Of a DNA stretch of 64,000 nucleotides, positions 13,281 to 30,153 are shown one piece after another. The DNA lies in assembly GCF_006345805.1 (NCBI RefSeq), contig NW_021834662.1, positions 32,971-96,970 on the forward strand, written 5' to 3'. The notes below the pieces were generated by a model that was not told the DNA's origin, ran no database searches, and saw nothing but the letters and a program-made list of their open reading frames with translations. Position 1 is the first letter of the stretch; the number at the start of each line of letters is the position of its first letter. Origin of the DNA: Octopus sinensis (Eukaryota). Position numbers and translations under genes: made by a program.

Positions 13281-14626
13281 AATGGCAGAAATAAAACGTG
13301 TGCGTGCAACCACTTCTAGTATAGACTTATAAATCAGAAAACAATAGCTAGAGAGGGCAATTGTCATTAGCGTTGAGGTCAGTTTAACATCTGTAGTGAA
13401 GCTCTCAACTAACCTCACTGGAATTCCCTCCTGTATCAGAGCCACGTCACCCTCTTTCATCATTTATATACCATTTATGCAATCAGCTCATGGCTTGCTG
13501 TGTGTTTACACCATTCTGCCTTTAGTGAGAAACATTTCTCCATAACAAAATAGAGGGAATGGCTTTCATACAGATTCAAGTTTGACTCAGGAATATTTGA
13601 ACTGGTCACAGGCTTCTATTTATACGCATCACTTCTTAATGCTGTAGCTCTCTATTTTATTTACGGCAAGCAGTCATTGAACGATGACGGGAATATATAA
13701 TAAGACTGACTTGTCTCGTGTCAATTCGCGTTAGCGTCTGACTTCCTAGTCTCTGTAGCTGAAGAAGAACAAATTAGAATTTCTTTTTCATCGGGACATC
13801 ATCCAGTCAGGTTGATTGCCCGATCCAGCCTGACTGCCTCTCTTCACATCTCCCGATCTTCCATTAGTGTCTTCAGGTCTTCAAATTGGCATCCAACATC
13901 TTCTGCAAGCTCTTATATATATATCTTCTGTGGTCTTCCAGCTGCTGTGGTACCATGAGCAACACATTAGTCACAAGTTCTTCTTTACTTCTCCAGCAGT
14001 GACCAGCAAACCTCAAACATCAAGTTTGCTAACTCATAAATACATGCATCTAACAGTCTAGTTTGGCGACGTTGCGAACTGACTCGGTGTATTTACTGCA
14101 ATTTGTCTACAATAAGAATTTTTTTTGAAAAACTGAAGTGATTGACATTCTTACGGGTTCAAATATCTCTCAAGCATTCTTGAAAAGGTAACAAGTTTGT
14201 ATCAAATGTTGATTTTTGTTTATTTTTCTGCCTTTGATTTTCTTTGCAAATCCTCACATTTTGTGTATGCCTTCTTCATACTCACTGACAATTGTTAACA
14301 AGCGCTGCTAGACAGAAAGAACCTTTCTCGGTAGATGAACTGTCCTCTTATAATGGTTTCTGGTTTAGGAACAAAGTGAACAATTCTAAGGGGAGAAGTT
14401 TGTCAATACCGCCGACCCCGAAAGAATGAACGACAAAGATAACCTCAGTGGGATTTGAACTCATCGAACCTGGATGGATAAATGGGAAACCTGACATTGA
14501 CGGAATTTGAACACAGAACATAGGAAGCCGTAAGTGAAAACTGCTGGGCATTCTATGGAACTCTTTAACGACTGTTCTACTCTATTATCTTAAATATTGT
14601 TTAATAGGTGGCGTGCAAACAATAGA

Positions 14627-14965
14627 AAACACCGTCACCATCACCATCTCCATCCCAGCCATCCCCACCCCACCTCCACCACCAACAACACCCCCGCCAT
14701 CACTACCAACATTACCACCACCACAACCACAGCTGACGTCATCATCGCTACCATCACCAACGCCATCGCCATCACCACAATCAGTGCCACAACAAACAAC
14801 GCCACCAGCACCGCCATCATCATCGCCAACACCACCACCATCAGCATTACAAGCAACATCACCATCACCATCACCACCCACCTCCCAGCCGCCTCCATAA
14901 CAATAACACTACCGAGATCAGTAGCTACCTGTCACAGTGGCTGTCACCAACACCACCCCATGATC
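14627..14965. repeat. Degenerate (CAC/CAT/CAA) trinucleotide repeat
   Basis: Low-complexity sequence open in several frames on both strands. Confidence 0.8.
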
Positions 14966-15210
14966 ATATATCACTCGTACACTTAAATTTACACACCTTC
15001 ACACTGAAATTTACTGCTGCATCTGCCCGTGTCACAATGTATGTATATATGCATATATGTATGTATGCATATATGTGTGCATATATGTATATATGTATAT
15101 ATGCATCAATGTATGTATGTATGTATGTATGTATGTATGCATGCATATATGTGTGAATGTGCATGTTGGTTTGGGTATGCGTGTTTATGGAGTATATTGT
15201 ATGCATGCTG

Positions 15211-15243
<33 letters not shown>

Positions 15244-16120
15244 ATGTATATATGCATATATGTACACACACATATATTTATGTATATACACACACACACA
15301 CACATATATATATATACATATGTATATATATATATATATGTGGGTGTGTGTGTATCTTATATATATGTGTCATATATATGTGTATGTGTATGTGTGTGTA
15401 TATGTGTGTGTGTGTGTGTAAGCATGATGTATATATGCACATATGAGTATGATCTTGTGTATATGTATGTGTAAATGCAGGTACAGAAACAAAATGCAAT
15501 GTGCAATGTATGCATGAATAATGATCCCAGTGCAGCGGACACTGCAGCTGCTGTTGTGCAACTTAACATATTTGCTGCAGCTGGACATCTTTGTCGGGAA
15601 TGTGCAGCAAGCTCGCACCTATGTATGAACATATAGCGATACCTATATGTGTGTGTGTATGTGCGTGTGCACGTGTGTGTGTATGTGTGTGTATGTATGC
15701 ATGTATATGTGTATATTAGCTTGTCCATATGTAATTTGTACATAAATAGAAACGGGGGATATAAGTATATACGCACCTACATACATACATAATACTTACA
15801 TAGAAACATATATACATACATACATACATATACACATACATACATATACACATACATACATATATACATACATATATACATACATACACAAACACATACA
15901 TACACACACACAAACATACATACATACATACATACACAAACATATATGCATACATACATAGAAACATACATACATACATACATACACACACGCACACATA
16001 CATACATACATACATACATACATACATACATACATACATACACACACGCACACATACATACATACATACATACATACATACACACACGCGCACATACATA
16101 CATACATACATACATACATA

Positions 16121-17003
16121 CAGGGTATGTAAGATATCTGAGGACAGATTTATGTTTATAAAAATCAGATATATAATAACAGATAATAACTGACTATGGC
16201 AGCTTTCAAATAATCTTTGGTGTTATGAGGTGTGTTCATTGACCTCTTTCTCAACAACGCTCCACATGTAATAGTCCAATGGATTGAGATCTGGGGAATT
16301 AGGAAGGCCAAATGTTAGGGGCTATGTGATGATGAAAATTTTCAACCATCCATTGATGTGTTACTAGAGCCGTGTGTGATGGTGCAGAGTCTTATTGAAA
16401 CACATATGGCTTTCCAGTGCATACACTGTCTATCCAGAGCTTAACAATTATTTTCAGGACTTTAATGGAGGCGGCAAAGTTATCTCTAAGGCTTTGTGGA
16501 AAGAAGTAACGTGGTATCACATGTCCTTCATTGCTGACGATCCCTAAAACCATGGCAGCTGCAGAAAATTTTATTTGCATAACACTTGGAACTTCAGATG
16601 GGTCTGCACATAAGCATATGGTGATCTTTTGCAATTGACCTCATGGACTTTCTGGGATTGTAATCAATGGTCTTTTGAACTTGCTGGATAAATTCAAGTG
16701 TCTTGATGATTTCAAAGTGTTTAGAATGCTTTTTATACTTTGATACTTGTGATACGCTTCCATCTTCCGTCTCTAACGGCTTACAAACTTTGTAGACGAA
16801 AGATCTGGCAAGTTTTAAAAATCGATATATTTCTAAATCGCTATGCTCAGACTTTATAACCACAATATCAGCACACCTCTTCATTTCTTGAGTAAGCTGA
16901 GGGTCTGGCATTATTATTTTCTGAAACAAAGATTATACAGAGTTAGCGAAAAATGCAGCAATGAACCAAAAATGGTATGTCCTCAAATTCCTTATGCACC
17001 CTG
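16121..17003 (-). mobile_element. Tc1/mariner element (maT/DD37D-like), internally deleted and degenerate
   Basis: Imperfect 26-bp TIRs: cagggtatgtaagatatctgaggaca and tgtcctcaaattccttatgcaccctg. Translation MVLGIVSNEGHVIPRYFF...KPYVFQ*DSAPSH, followed by a PNSPDLNPLDYY motif. Confidence 0.85.
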
Positions 17004-17178
17004 TGTGTGCGTGTATATATATATATGTATATATATATATGTATATATAACGCACACATGCACACACATACACAGGCACATATGATCTGATATGTATATA
17101 TATAAATATATATGCATATTTATGTATACATATATATATGCACACACACACACACACACACCACCACACACACATATA

Positions 17179-17228
<50 letters not shown>

Positions 17229-17915
17229 CTTATATATATACTATATATGATGCATAATACATACATACATATAGACACACAATCTCTAGATTGAGTAGCT
17301 ATCTCACAGACTTAGTCTCTTCTAAGAAAACCTGATTAATTACGGCTTCTACAAAGTTCCACTTCTTGCATCAACCTTCTTCGCGCTATTCTTCACGTTT
17401 TCTCTCATGTCTTCTCATAGACCAGCTTCCAGGCTTTCAAATTGTTCTAAAAGTATACACTGAGTCACCGAAGCCAAGATGAACTCATTACCTCAACGAA
17501 GCACTGCGTGGCATTTGAAGAAGCTCTGCAATACCAGCTGTTTCAAAACGGGGATTGTTTCACCAATCTGCTTGACAGCTCAAAGACACCTGTTAGACGG
17601 CCCAAGATCGACCTTAGTAGCATGTTGTTGATTCCTTTCCTTTGTTTGAGGGTAAATTGTAGGATTAATCTGTTGAGTTTGGCAACGGGAATCCCTAGGT
17701 ATGTGCAATCTTATGCTGGATAAACCCCTCCCCACTACATACATTGAATTACAAAACGCTCTCTTTGAAAATCAGACAATTGCTTTGCTTTTGGTGTTTG
17801 CGGCATGGCTTGTTGCTAGAAACAATGATGCAATCTGAAATGAAAAATTATAATGCATTGACAAGTTTGAAACACCACGCAGTGCCCTCACAGATAAAAC
17901 GGTACCCTATGGTAC

Positions 17916-18140
17916 CTGGCAGAAACGTTAGTACGCTGGGCGAAATGCGTAGCCATATTTCGTCTGCCGTTACGTTCTGAGTTCAAATTCCGCCGAGGTA
18001 GACTTTGCCTTTATTCTTTCGGGATCGATAAATTAAGTACCAGTTACGCACTGGGGTCGATGTAATCGACTTAATCCGTTTGTCTGTTCTTGTTTGTCCC
18101 CTCTGTGTTTAGCCCGTTGTGGGTAGTAAAGAAATAGGTA
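17916..18140 (+). mobile_element. tRNA-derived SINE, family A
   Basis: Clear similarity to the other family A copies. B-box-like gagttcaaattcc. Confidence 0.85.
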
Positions 18141-19753
18141 CCCTAAGAATGTCTATTTACTTTTTTAAGATGTGTGTGTGTAGGTATTTTTTGAGTGTGT
18201 GCGCACGCTTATTTGAGTATGTCTATTTGAGAAGTATTACTGCTTTCCCATAACGTCTGGTTTCGTGCTGAACCGAGCCGTCTTTAGATAGATAAGCATC
18301 GAGTGAAAATTTATCCTTGAACAACAATTCTATTTAACTGTACTTTATCTGAGACAACTTACGCATAGTTTATATTTAGTCATGCGTGTTGTAAAATAGA
18401 AGGATATTAAATAGCACGCTTCCATATAAACACACCCGTATACGCACACTTAAATCAACAATAGAATAAAGCATAACATTGTTTGATTAGAATTAAATAG
18501 GAACACTGTTGTTAATATCTGCATCTGGTAAAATTCATACATTTGATTTTTTAAGCTATCGTCTGCAATTTTGTGTTTATTTAAAATGAAAATATTTTCA
18601 TTAAGAGACAGGCAGTACGTACTGGAACCTTTGGCGTACGGTTTACTTTCATTTAATATAAACGAAATGATGCGAAAGACTCTGCCTAAATTATAATATC
18701 CTTCCTTTTCTTCACAGCAGAGAAATTGTCGCTCCCCATGTTTTACATCCATATATAGCTTGAAAGAACTGCAATGTTCTTTTCTTTTCGAAAATACAAA
18801 CTATGGCTGCAGAAGTGGTTTTTGAAATTTTCCTCTATCATTCCTATCTTTGTATTATAGCAATATCATTACTATTGAGCATACTGCAGGGTATTTTATT
18901 TTCTTTCAAAGTTATAATCCTTTATTTTTACACGTTTTCCTTTTATTATTTTTGCTAACATGTTTAAGTAGTTTAGACAAGATTCCTCTTTATTAGTATT
19001 GGAACTGTAAAGGACTATGTTTGATTCAAGGTTGTAGGTTATAGGGTTATATGTGTAAATGTGAGTAATACAGTTTTTGTTATGATAGTTTTGGCGTTTA
19101 GTGATAAATATGGGTTACACCATAGGACTTACATTCTTATTAGTCGTATTCAGAAGCCTAGGAGGGAAACAATTGTAAATGCACATCTATACACTAAACA
19201 ACTGAAAATGATGCAGGGTTTTTATTTATGTAGAAGACCTTATCATTCAGTATATTGTATGGTTGGTATCTATTCATCTCCAAATATAATATTACAGTTA
19301 AAACCGACACCCATTTTCGTGAACGTTGTGTTTCTGAAAGCTATACCGTCAAAGGCACTGCTGATAGAAATAGCCATCGTCTCGATATAAACCTCTATCT
19401 AATATTCGGAATTTATAACTTAGCTTGTCCAAAATACCCAGATTTTGCATATCTCAACCATATCACAAGAACAAGTTTTTATCAAATAAGGTTCTGCTTA
19501 GTGATATAAGACTGCTGCTTACGCGGCACTACGTTGTGACAAATGCTTAGGTAAAGACGAATCAAAGCCTGGAGATAGAAGAATAAAACTATGTCAAGTT
19601 AGAAAAATCTAAAATGTCATTGGTTGATAATACTTTAGCATAGACTGACTAGAGGCTATAGATATACTGCAGCACAACACTTCTGGCTCTAGCGTGGATA
19701 TTATTCAATTTCTGGAGGTTCGGGTTTCTTAGAGTTTATATTATTTCTTTAGG

Positions 19754-20033
19754 TTCTTTTACTTGTTTCAGTCATTTGACCGCGGCCATGCTGGAGCACC
19801 ATCTTTAGTCGAACAAATCGACCCCAGGACTTATTCTTTGTGAACCCAGTGATTACGCCATCGGTCTCTTTGGCCGAACCGCTAAATTAGGCGTAAACAC
19901 GCCAATATCGGTTGTCAAGCGATGGTGGGAGGACAAACATAGACACACAAATACATATATACATACATATGTATAAATACAAACATACATACATGCATAT
20001 CTATCTACCTATCTATCTATCTATCTATCTATC

Positions 20034-20090
<57 letters not shown>

Positions 20091-20252
20091 TTATCTATCT
20101 ATACGACGGGCTTCTTTTAGTTTTCGTCTACCGAACCCACTCACAAGGCTTTGGTCGGCACAAGGCTATACCAGAAGTCACTTGCGCAAAGTGTCATGCA
20201 GTGGGACTGAACCCAGAACCATGTGGTTAAAAAGCAAGCATCTTACCACACA
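19754..20252 (-). mobile_element. tRNA-derived SINE, family B, with internal microsatellite
   Basis: Same architecture as 36305-36704. Confidence 0.85.
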
Positions 20253-20513
20253 CCCACTTCATATTTAACGTTTTCACTATTGATTAGCTTAATTAATGAA
20301 GGATTTACATGGAAAGGTGTTTTTCGTTTCGTAGGCTTTTAACTTCGCTCGTAGTCAAATACATGTACACATATATTAACATGTGTGTATGTGTCTGTCT
20401 GTCTGTCTCTTTTTCTGTGTAATAGTATATATGTATCGTATATATATACACACGCACGCATATCTATGTATCAATATATGTAAGCAGATATATATATATA
20501 TATATAATATATA

Positions 20514-20554
<41 letters not shown>

Positions 20555-20606
20555 AGCAGATATTATATATATATATACATATGTATATGTATATATATAT
20601 ATACAC

Positions 20607-20676
<70 letters not shown>

Positions 20677-20812
20677 CTATATGTATATATGGATGTGTGT
20701 TATTGTATATATATATGCATATATATATATATATATATAAAATAAATTAATTTACTCTGCTATGTATTGAGTACCTTATTTACTGTGGTTAACCCCGACT
20801 CAACCCGGGACC

Positions 20813-20859
<47 letters not shown>

Positions 20860-20861
20860 GA

Positions 20862-21140
20862 TGAGGGAACGCATGGTCTAGTGGTTAGGGTCTTGCAAGC
20901 CCGATCGTGAGATCGTGATTTCAATTCCTAGGTCTTGAGCAAAACACTTTATTTCACGTTGCTTTGCGATCACTGTGACACCTGACGCGTCGTACAGCGT
21001 GCATCTATTCGGGCAACGTCAATTTGATGGCGGGAGGGAGCTAATGTGCGGCGGCACATACATTTGATAATTGTAAACAAATCATTTGCACAGCACGTTC
21101 GGCGAAAGCTGAACGCTGATACGGCGGGAGAGTCCCTCAT
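20862..21140 (+). mobile_element. tRNA-derived SINE, other family
   Basis: A-box-like tggtctagtgg and a degenerate B box. Shares ctttatttcacgttgct with 27137-27470. Confidence 0.6.
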
Positions 21141-21459
21141 GTATACACATGAGAAAAAATTAAAATGTAAAACGAAATGGAAATTATATCAAACATTTCA
21201 TTAGTTTACAGCTGTTTCTGCTGTAAATGCAATGAACCTCTTAGCAGAACGTTTGTATATAACTCAACAACTTTATGGGAGCTTTAAACAGTATGTTAAT
21301 GGAGTTCTTAGCATAATTGCTTCTTCCTTTCTCAATTTGCTGATCTGTACCCGACTGACGTTTTGCTCAGAAGCATATGTATATTAAGTTCTAACATTAG
21401 GTTATTCGTATCGCTATGCTTACGTGAAATAGTAACTATCTCTCTATCTGCTGGTCTGC

Positions 21460-21493
<34 letters not shown>

Positions 21494-21546
21494 CTATCTA
21501 TCTATCTATCTATTGCCTGATGCTGTCTGCCTGTCTGTCCGTCTGC

Positions 21547-21585
<39 letters not shown>

Positions 21586-21593
21586 TCTATCTA

Positions 21594-21626
<33 letters not shown>

Positions 21627-21650
21627 ATTATTATCTACCTACCTAACATA

Positions 21651-21682
<32 letters not shown>

Positions 21683-21966
21683 ATCTATCTAGGCTTTTCT
21701 TTCCACGGGTAAACCTCACCTGTCCTCCCCTTTACACTTCATTGACATTTCTGGTTATTACGATCCCTATGATCAACTCCCCCCCTTTTTTTAAAATCCT
21801 CCCCTTTTTTTGTCCTCTTTCTTTCCTTTTACGATCCCTTTTGATCGAAAACCAACCCCCTTTTTTTTACCCCCAAAAGAAAAGCTCTATCTTGTAATTT
21901 GTTCTGTCTGTGTGCAGCCCTGTGTGGCTAATAAAGAAACATATCTATCTGTCTGTCTGTCTGTCC

Positions 21967-22054
<88 letters not shown>

Positions 22055-22082
22055 GTCTGTCTGTCTGTCCGTCTGTCTGTCA

Positions 22083-22118
<36 letters not shown>

Positions 22119-22220
22119 GCCTGTCTGCCTGTCTGTCTGCCTGCCTGTCTGCCTGTCTGCCTGTCTATTTATCTCTCTCTATCTATCTATCGATTTAGCT
22201 AGCTAGCTGTCTGTCTGACA

Positions 22221-22268
<48 letters not shown>

Positions 22269-22318
22269 GCCTATATATCTCTATATATCTAACTCTCTCC
22301 CTCTCTCTATTTATATAT

Positions 22319-22376
<58 letters not shown>

Positions 22377-22791
22377 TCAGACTGTCTGTAGAAACCACTA
22401 AACCAGTTACTGTGATCACTTTGGGAACTGTTCCATGGCCGATTGTTTGAGCACAGGTATTTGTTCGTGCTGGCGTCCCTTGAATTTTTTTGAAAAAAAT
22501 CCGTTTTATTACATTTTCATATAATATAATATACAAATTACACTACACTATCTTGCACGCACACACGCATACACACATAGAGAGATGCACAGACTCAGAC
22601 ACAGACAGACACATATTACACAAACATATATTTGTATATAAATATATATATGTACATATATGTACAAGCTATGTATATATATATATACAGTCATACTCAC
22701 ACACACGCACACGTGCGAACGTAGTGTTATCTTGCAACACAAAATAATGTTCTTGTTGAACATAAAGAATAATATGACGTGAATATATGTA

Positions 22792-22834
<43 letters not shown>

Positions 22835-23723
22835 AAGGGGCCGTCAAAGTGACATTAACGGGTCAGTGAATTAATGACCCTACAAGAAATATATAATATA
22901 CGTTTAAATAGAGAATATGATATACCAGCCATCATACATGTTACAATTTAAGGCTGGATGGAGAGATGGAGTTTTTTTAACAGCTGCAGACAATGCTCAG
23001 GCGTAATTTTATATTCATTATATTAATATGTATTGGGCGTATGTCTGTGGATTTACGCACAATAATATATATATATATATATATGTGGTGTGTGTGTGGT
23101 GTGGGGTGTGTGGTGTGTGTGTGTTGTGTTGTGTGTGTCTGTGTGTGTCTGTGTGTCTGTATTTGGGCGTATGTCTGTAAATGTATGCATATATATATAT
23201 ATTATATATACATTCACACATACACACATTCACTCACACACATACATATAGATCTGTGTGTATGAATTTATATTCTTTTATTCTTTTATTTGTTTCAGTC
23301 ATTTGACTACGGCCATACTGGAGCACTGCCTTTAGTCCAACAAATCAACCTCAGGACTTATTCTTTGTAAGTCTAGTACTCATTCTACTGGTTCTCTTTT
23401 GCCGAACAGCTAAGTTACGAGGGCCTAAACACACCCACATGGGTTATCAAGTGATTGGGGGTGGACAAACACAGACACACAAACATATATATCTATGGAA
23501 CTCGACTGAGGAAAGAAAACTCCGAATGACCCGTCCTTGTTTTCTATGTTTTGCGTTCTTGTCCCCTTTTTGTATAGATTATATATATATATATATATAT
23601 ATGTAATAAATAACAATTTAACAAATAAAACATACGCATACATACATACATATATGTACATGCCTACATCTATATGTATATATACATGCATATATATATA
23701 TATATAATATATATATATATATA

Positions 23724-24418
23724 TTCGGTATAAGCAATTAAGATTCAAATGCGTTCTATTGAATTCACAAGAATATGGTACTTGACTTGGATGCACCAGA
23801 AATCTATATGGTGTTAACCATACGATAAAGTGGGGTGATTACAAATAGGAAAAAAGCAACAAGAATGGAGCAAAATATCGTACAATTGTTTCGTAACGAA
23901 GAATCTTAATAAGTCTATACAAAAATTGCAATAAATATAGATGGCTCGTACTCATCAGCCGAAAAAACATCCGAGATTTCCAAACATCAAGGGGGTAATG
24001 GGTATGTTACAATCGTGAAACATCATGGAGAGTTCTATAAAAGTGGAAAATTTGGATAACAAATTGGTTTCTAAGATTTCAGTTAGTATTACACAGGTTT
24101 ATAAAAAGCCTTTTCAAAACCTTAGTTTTCCAGAAAGTGAAGACAAAAGTTAGGGTGTGAATATATCCTTATTGAATAAAGTTCGATTCTTGGAGATGTG
24201 ATGAGAAGTATCGTACTCACAGAAAATGCGTTTGTCCATATATAGTTCATAGTAAGTGCGAATCAAGCTGTGTGGAGATATTTTAGATAAATTCGTGTGA
24301 AACTTCTGAAAAACGCTATGTTATAATCCGAAGAGGAAGCGTAGCGGGAGTCTTATAGCGAAGGCGAATAGGGTGAAAAAGAGATCTACAAGAACCACAG
24401 GGCTAAAGGAAGAAAGAG

Positions 24419-24456
<38 letters not shown>

Positions 24457-24633
24457 GAAGGAAGAAAGACAGAAAGTTGAATATATATGCATATATACAT
24501 ACATCTCGGATGTTTTTTCGGCTGATGAGTACGAGCCATCTATATTTACTGCAATTTTTGTAGCCTTATTAAAGATGTCTTCGTACGAAACAATTGTACC
24601 GATATTTTGATCCATTCTTGTTGCTTTTTTCCT
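23724..24633. mobile_element. Penelope-like element with inverted hammerhead-bearing arms
   Basis: 23846-23976 is a reverse complement of 24504-24633. The family is shared with 37271-37400 and 42160-42585. Confidence 0.72.
24518..24602 (+). ncRNA. Canonical-core type I hammerhead ribozyme
   Basis: tcgg CTGATGA gtacga ... tcgtac GAAA caattg TA ccga. All core residues and stems are intact. A damaged mirror copy lies at 23878-23962. Confidence 0.85.
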
Positions 24634-24650
24634 ATATATATATATATATA

Positions 24651-26780
<2,130 letters not shown>

Positions 26781-27136
26781 ACACACATATATATATATAT
26801 ATATTATATATGAACTCACAACCATCTTGTAGCGAAGCAAACATCTTACCCCACAGCCATGCTGGGTTTATATATATGTGTGTGTATACATATATGTATA
26901 TGTGTGAATGTGTGCAAGTGTATTCGCGTACATAATCACTAACATGGCGGTTAGAGTGTGCAGTTCATTTTATTACATAGCTTTACAATTGTTTCATCGA
27001 TATTTTACAATTTTGTAATAATATTGTTGCATCGGTATTTTTTCTTTTACCGCTAAAATATCGACTCGTGTATAAATTCATGAGCAAATGTATTTATTTT
27101 CTAATATATTAATATAGCAATACTATTCTGATGTGT

Positions 27137-27470
27137 GAAGGTGCATGCTCAGTGTTTAAAGCATAGGACTTACATTCGTGAGGCTGTGAGTTCGATTCCG
27201 GGACAGGGTTATATTGTGCTGTCAAATAAGAAACTTTATTTCACGTTGCTCCAGTTCACTCAGCTGTAGAAATGAGTTGTGACGTCACAGGTGCCAAGCT
27301 GTATTAGCCTTTGACTTTCCCTTGGATAACATCGGTGGTGTGGAGAGAGGAGGCTGGTGTGCATGGTTGACCGCTGGCCTTCCACAAACAATCTTGCCTG
27401 GACTTGTACTTCGAAGAGAAATTTTCAAGTTTCAATTCCATGACCCTTCATGATCGAAGCGGGTCTTTGA
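27137..27470 (+). mobile_element. tRNA-derived SINE, other family
   Basis: B box gagttcgattcc. Shares sequence with 20862-21140. Confidence 0.65.
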
Positions 27471-27665
27471 CTATTCTGATAAAATATTAATAAAATAATT
27501 GTAGAATTATGTAATAAAACAAACTGCTCACTCCGTTTTCCTTGTTAAACTTAAATGCGTGTAAACAGAGCAGATGTGAATATAAAATATTGTGACTGTT
27601 GATACGGTAACGGGGTTAAAGTACTCAGAATCAAGCCGTGGTTTCACCATCGACCATAGCATAGA

Positions 27666-27705
<40 letters not shown>

Positions 27706-27759
27706 TTGCATGAGCAGAAAGATACACAGCATCAAAGTTAATACGGACAAGAATTCTTT

Positions 27760-27920
27760 CTAAAGTCAAATCCCACTTGAAAGAAAAAAAAATATTTCCA
27801 AACATCGAGACAACTGCTCGCTGATTCAACGAGGGAGTCCCAGGAAAACTTCTATAAATGGAAATGGCGCTGGATAAAGTGTTTGGTCTTAGAAAGGAAC
27901 TACTTTGAAGGAGATTAAAT
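27760..27920 (+). pseudogene. Mariner transposase C-terminal relic
   Basis: KWKWRWIKCLVLERNYFEGD* matches the typical mariner C-terminus W..RW.KC....G.YFEGD. Confidence 0.6.
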
Positions 27921-29001
27921 ATGTATTGTAGCTGTCTTTTTGAAGAGCAATGACTCTGAAACTAGTGTCAGGGTGCTGGCTTTGCTGGGTGGAGGTGCTT
28001 ATCTCCCCTGTTTGGAAACATAAGGACACAGTACGCTTATGTCACATAGCCGACTGGAAACAGTGTTTGTTGGGGCTAAATAGCAGTAGCATTCTTCCCT
28101 TTAGTGGGACTGCCACATTGGGTTGACAACAAACCATTACTTTATCGTGCTGCTACTGTATAAATCTCTCTGAGAGATTTAGAAATGCAGTATTTCTAAT
28201 CCCAGTACTCCTTGATAAAAACTCGTACAGTGCTATGGTGTGATGTTACAGGAGGTCTCCCCTCACAGAAACAAGATACAGATGGCGACCTGAAGCAGGC
28301 AGGTTATCTCGGAGCTTCACAAAGAATTAATTTGCGTATGCTTTACTGTCATCAATAATAAAAACCTTTCCGCCGAATATCTTAAAGACAAGGCCCTTGT
28401 GGTCTGTAATATAGCAGGGCAGTACCTCATGCCGAGTACAAGCTATAAATAAGGGATTTAGATATTAATTTCAAGGAGAGGAACGTGCTGAGTTACGTAG
28501 AAGTTAGGAGGTGATGTATAATATCTAACTTGACTCAAATCCAGTGATGTTTGAGGGGAGAAGCACCCAATAATTATAACCCGGTGCCACCCCGGTGAGC
28601 GTGGGCCAAATACTAACCGCTGGTCGAACTCTGATGAATGCACCAATGATATATATAAGATAGAAGTATATATTTATGATTGTATGCATATGTGCAAATA
28701 TATATACATGTATTTGTGTATATATGCATACCTACACACGCACATACGCACAAACGCACACACACACACATACACGAGCACGCGCATATATACACATATA
28801 TGCACATATATGTATGTATGTATTATGTTTCTATAAATCCAGCTTTTGAATATTTATGCGCATTTCTAAACATATTTAAGTTAAATATTCTGATGAATAC
28901 ATTAAAGCCATTTACTAAAGATATTTTATCACGTTCTACAAACAACCAACCAACCAACAAACAAACCTACATACCTACCTATATATATATATATATATAT
29001 A

Positions 29002-30103
29002 TCACCGTTAATGCTTCTGTATTTCATGTTTCTGTATTCCATTATTGTTTTTTGTTTTTTTTTATATCTGTCCCTTTTGCTGTCTGGTGTTCGTATGCAT
29101 TCGATCCTTCTTCCAGGAAATCTACTCTTCCAGCTTAGTTTTTTCTATGCTCGTTGCTTAGTTTTTCTTGGAGGCTGGCCGTGATCTAGTAATCTCAAGA
29201 TTAATCAGCCGAAATTACTACGATGATCCGGTTCTTGACTGAAGACTGAGGGGTTCGAATGTCCTGTCCATGTTTATTGTGTCGTCTTCTAAGAAGTATT
29301 ATACGTTCTTGTCCATGTTGTATTTTTTCTACATACCTTAACATATATCCAGGCGCCCCGTACCACCTATCATTATGTGAGCACATATTCTTATAATTGG
29401 TACGACTCTCTTTTTGTCTCCCTCTCTCTCTCATTTTTTACTTGATCTGTCCCCCCCTCTCTCTCTTTGTCTCGCTCGCACTCACAGGTCATTCTTCGAC
29501 ACCCATCCCTTCTCCTCTCTGATACCGTTCTTCTCTCTCTTCTCTCTCTTTGTTGCGTTTTTGTCCCTCGTCTCTCTCTCTCTTCCTTTGCTTCTCTTTC
29601 TTTTCTTTTCCTCTTCTCTGTCACGTGACTGTTGGCCGAAATCTGCCTTTCAGCTCCTGACCCTCGTCGTGTTAACATCGTTGTTTTTCGTCCGCCGCTA
29701 TAAAGCTTCTTCCAATGCGCCAGAGAAAAAATTGTTTGCTTGTTATCAGTCGTAAGACACTTTTGTTTTCACCGTTAATGCTTCTGTATTTCATGTTTCT
29801 TATTCCATTATTGTTTTTTGTTTTTTTATATATCCCCTTTTGCTGTCCTGGTGTGTTCGTAATGCATTCGATCCTTCTTCCAGGAAATCTACGCTTCCAG
29901 CTTAGTTTTTCTAAATGGCTCGTTGCTTAGTTTTTCTTGGAGGCTGGCCGTGATCTAGTAATCTCAAGATTAATCAGCCGAAATTACTACGATGATCCGG
30001 TTCTTGACTGAAGACTGAGGGGTTCGAATGTCCTGTCCATGTTTATTGTGTCGTCTTCTAAGAGTTATACGTTCTTGTCCATGTTGTATTTTTTCTACAT
30101 ACC

Positions 30104-30107
<4 letters not shown>
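29002..30107 (+). mobile_element. Non-coding element with ~340-bp direct terminal repeats (retrozyme/pLTR-like)
   Basis: 29002-29341 is nearly identical to 29769-30107. CT-rich interior, (TA)n on both sides, and no TG..CA termini. Confidence 0.75.

Positions 30108-30153
<46 letters not shown>

Noticed and set aside
14585-14986. Pro/Thr/His-rich ORFs resembling mucin or extensin
   Set aside because: The degenerate trinucleotide repeat is open in many frames on both strands and has no domain. The same applies to 40450-40860.
17290-17740. Complex-sequence patch, possibly a TE relic or exon
   Set aside because: No recognisable motif or convincing ORF. The same applies to 58830-59190.
21215-21260. 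Minus-strand gtt..GAAA cagctg TA aac hammerhead half
   Set aside because: The 5' core is not recognisable, so it is at most a relic. The same applies near 50095, 59530 and 62640.
27960-28640. Possible LINE ORF1 relic (EGRPP on the minus strand)
   Set aside because: Too degenerate to assign.
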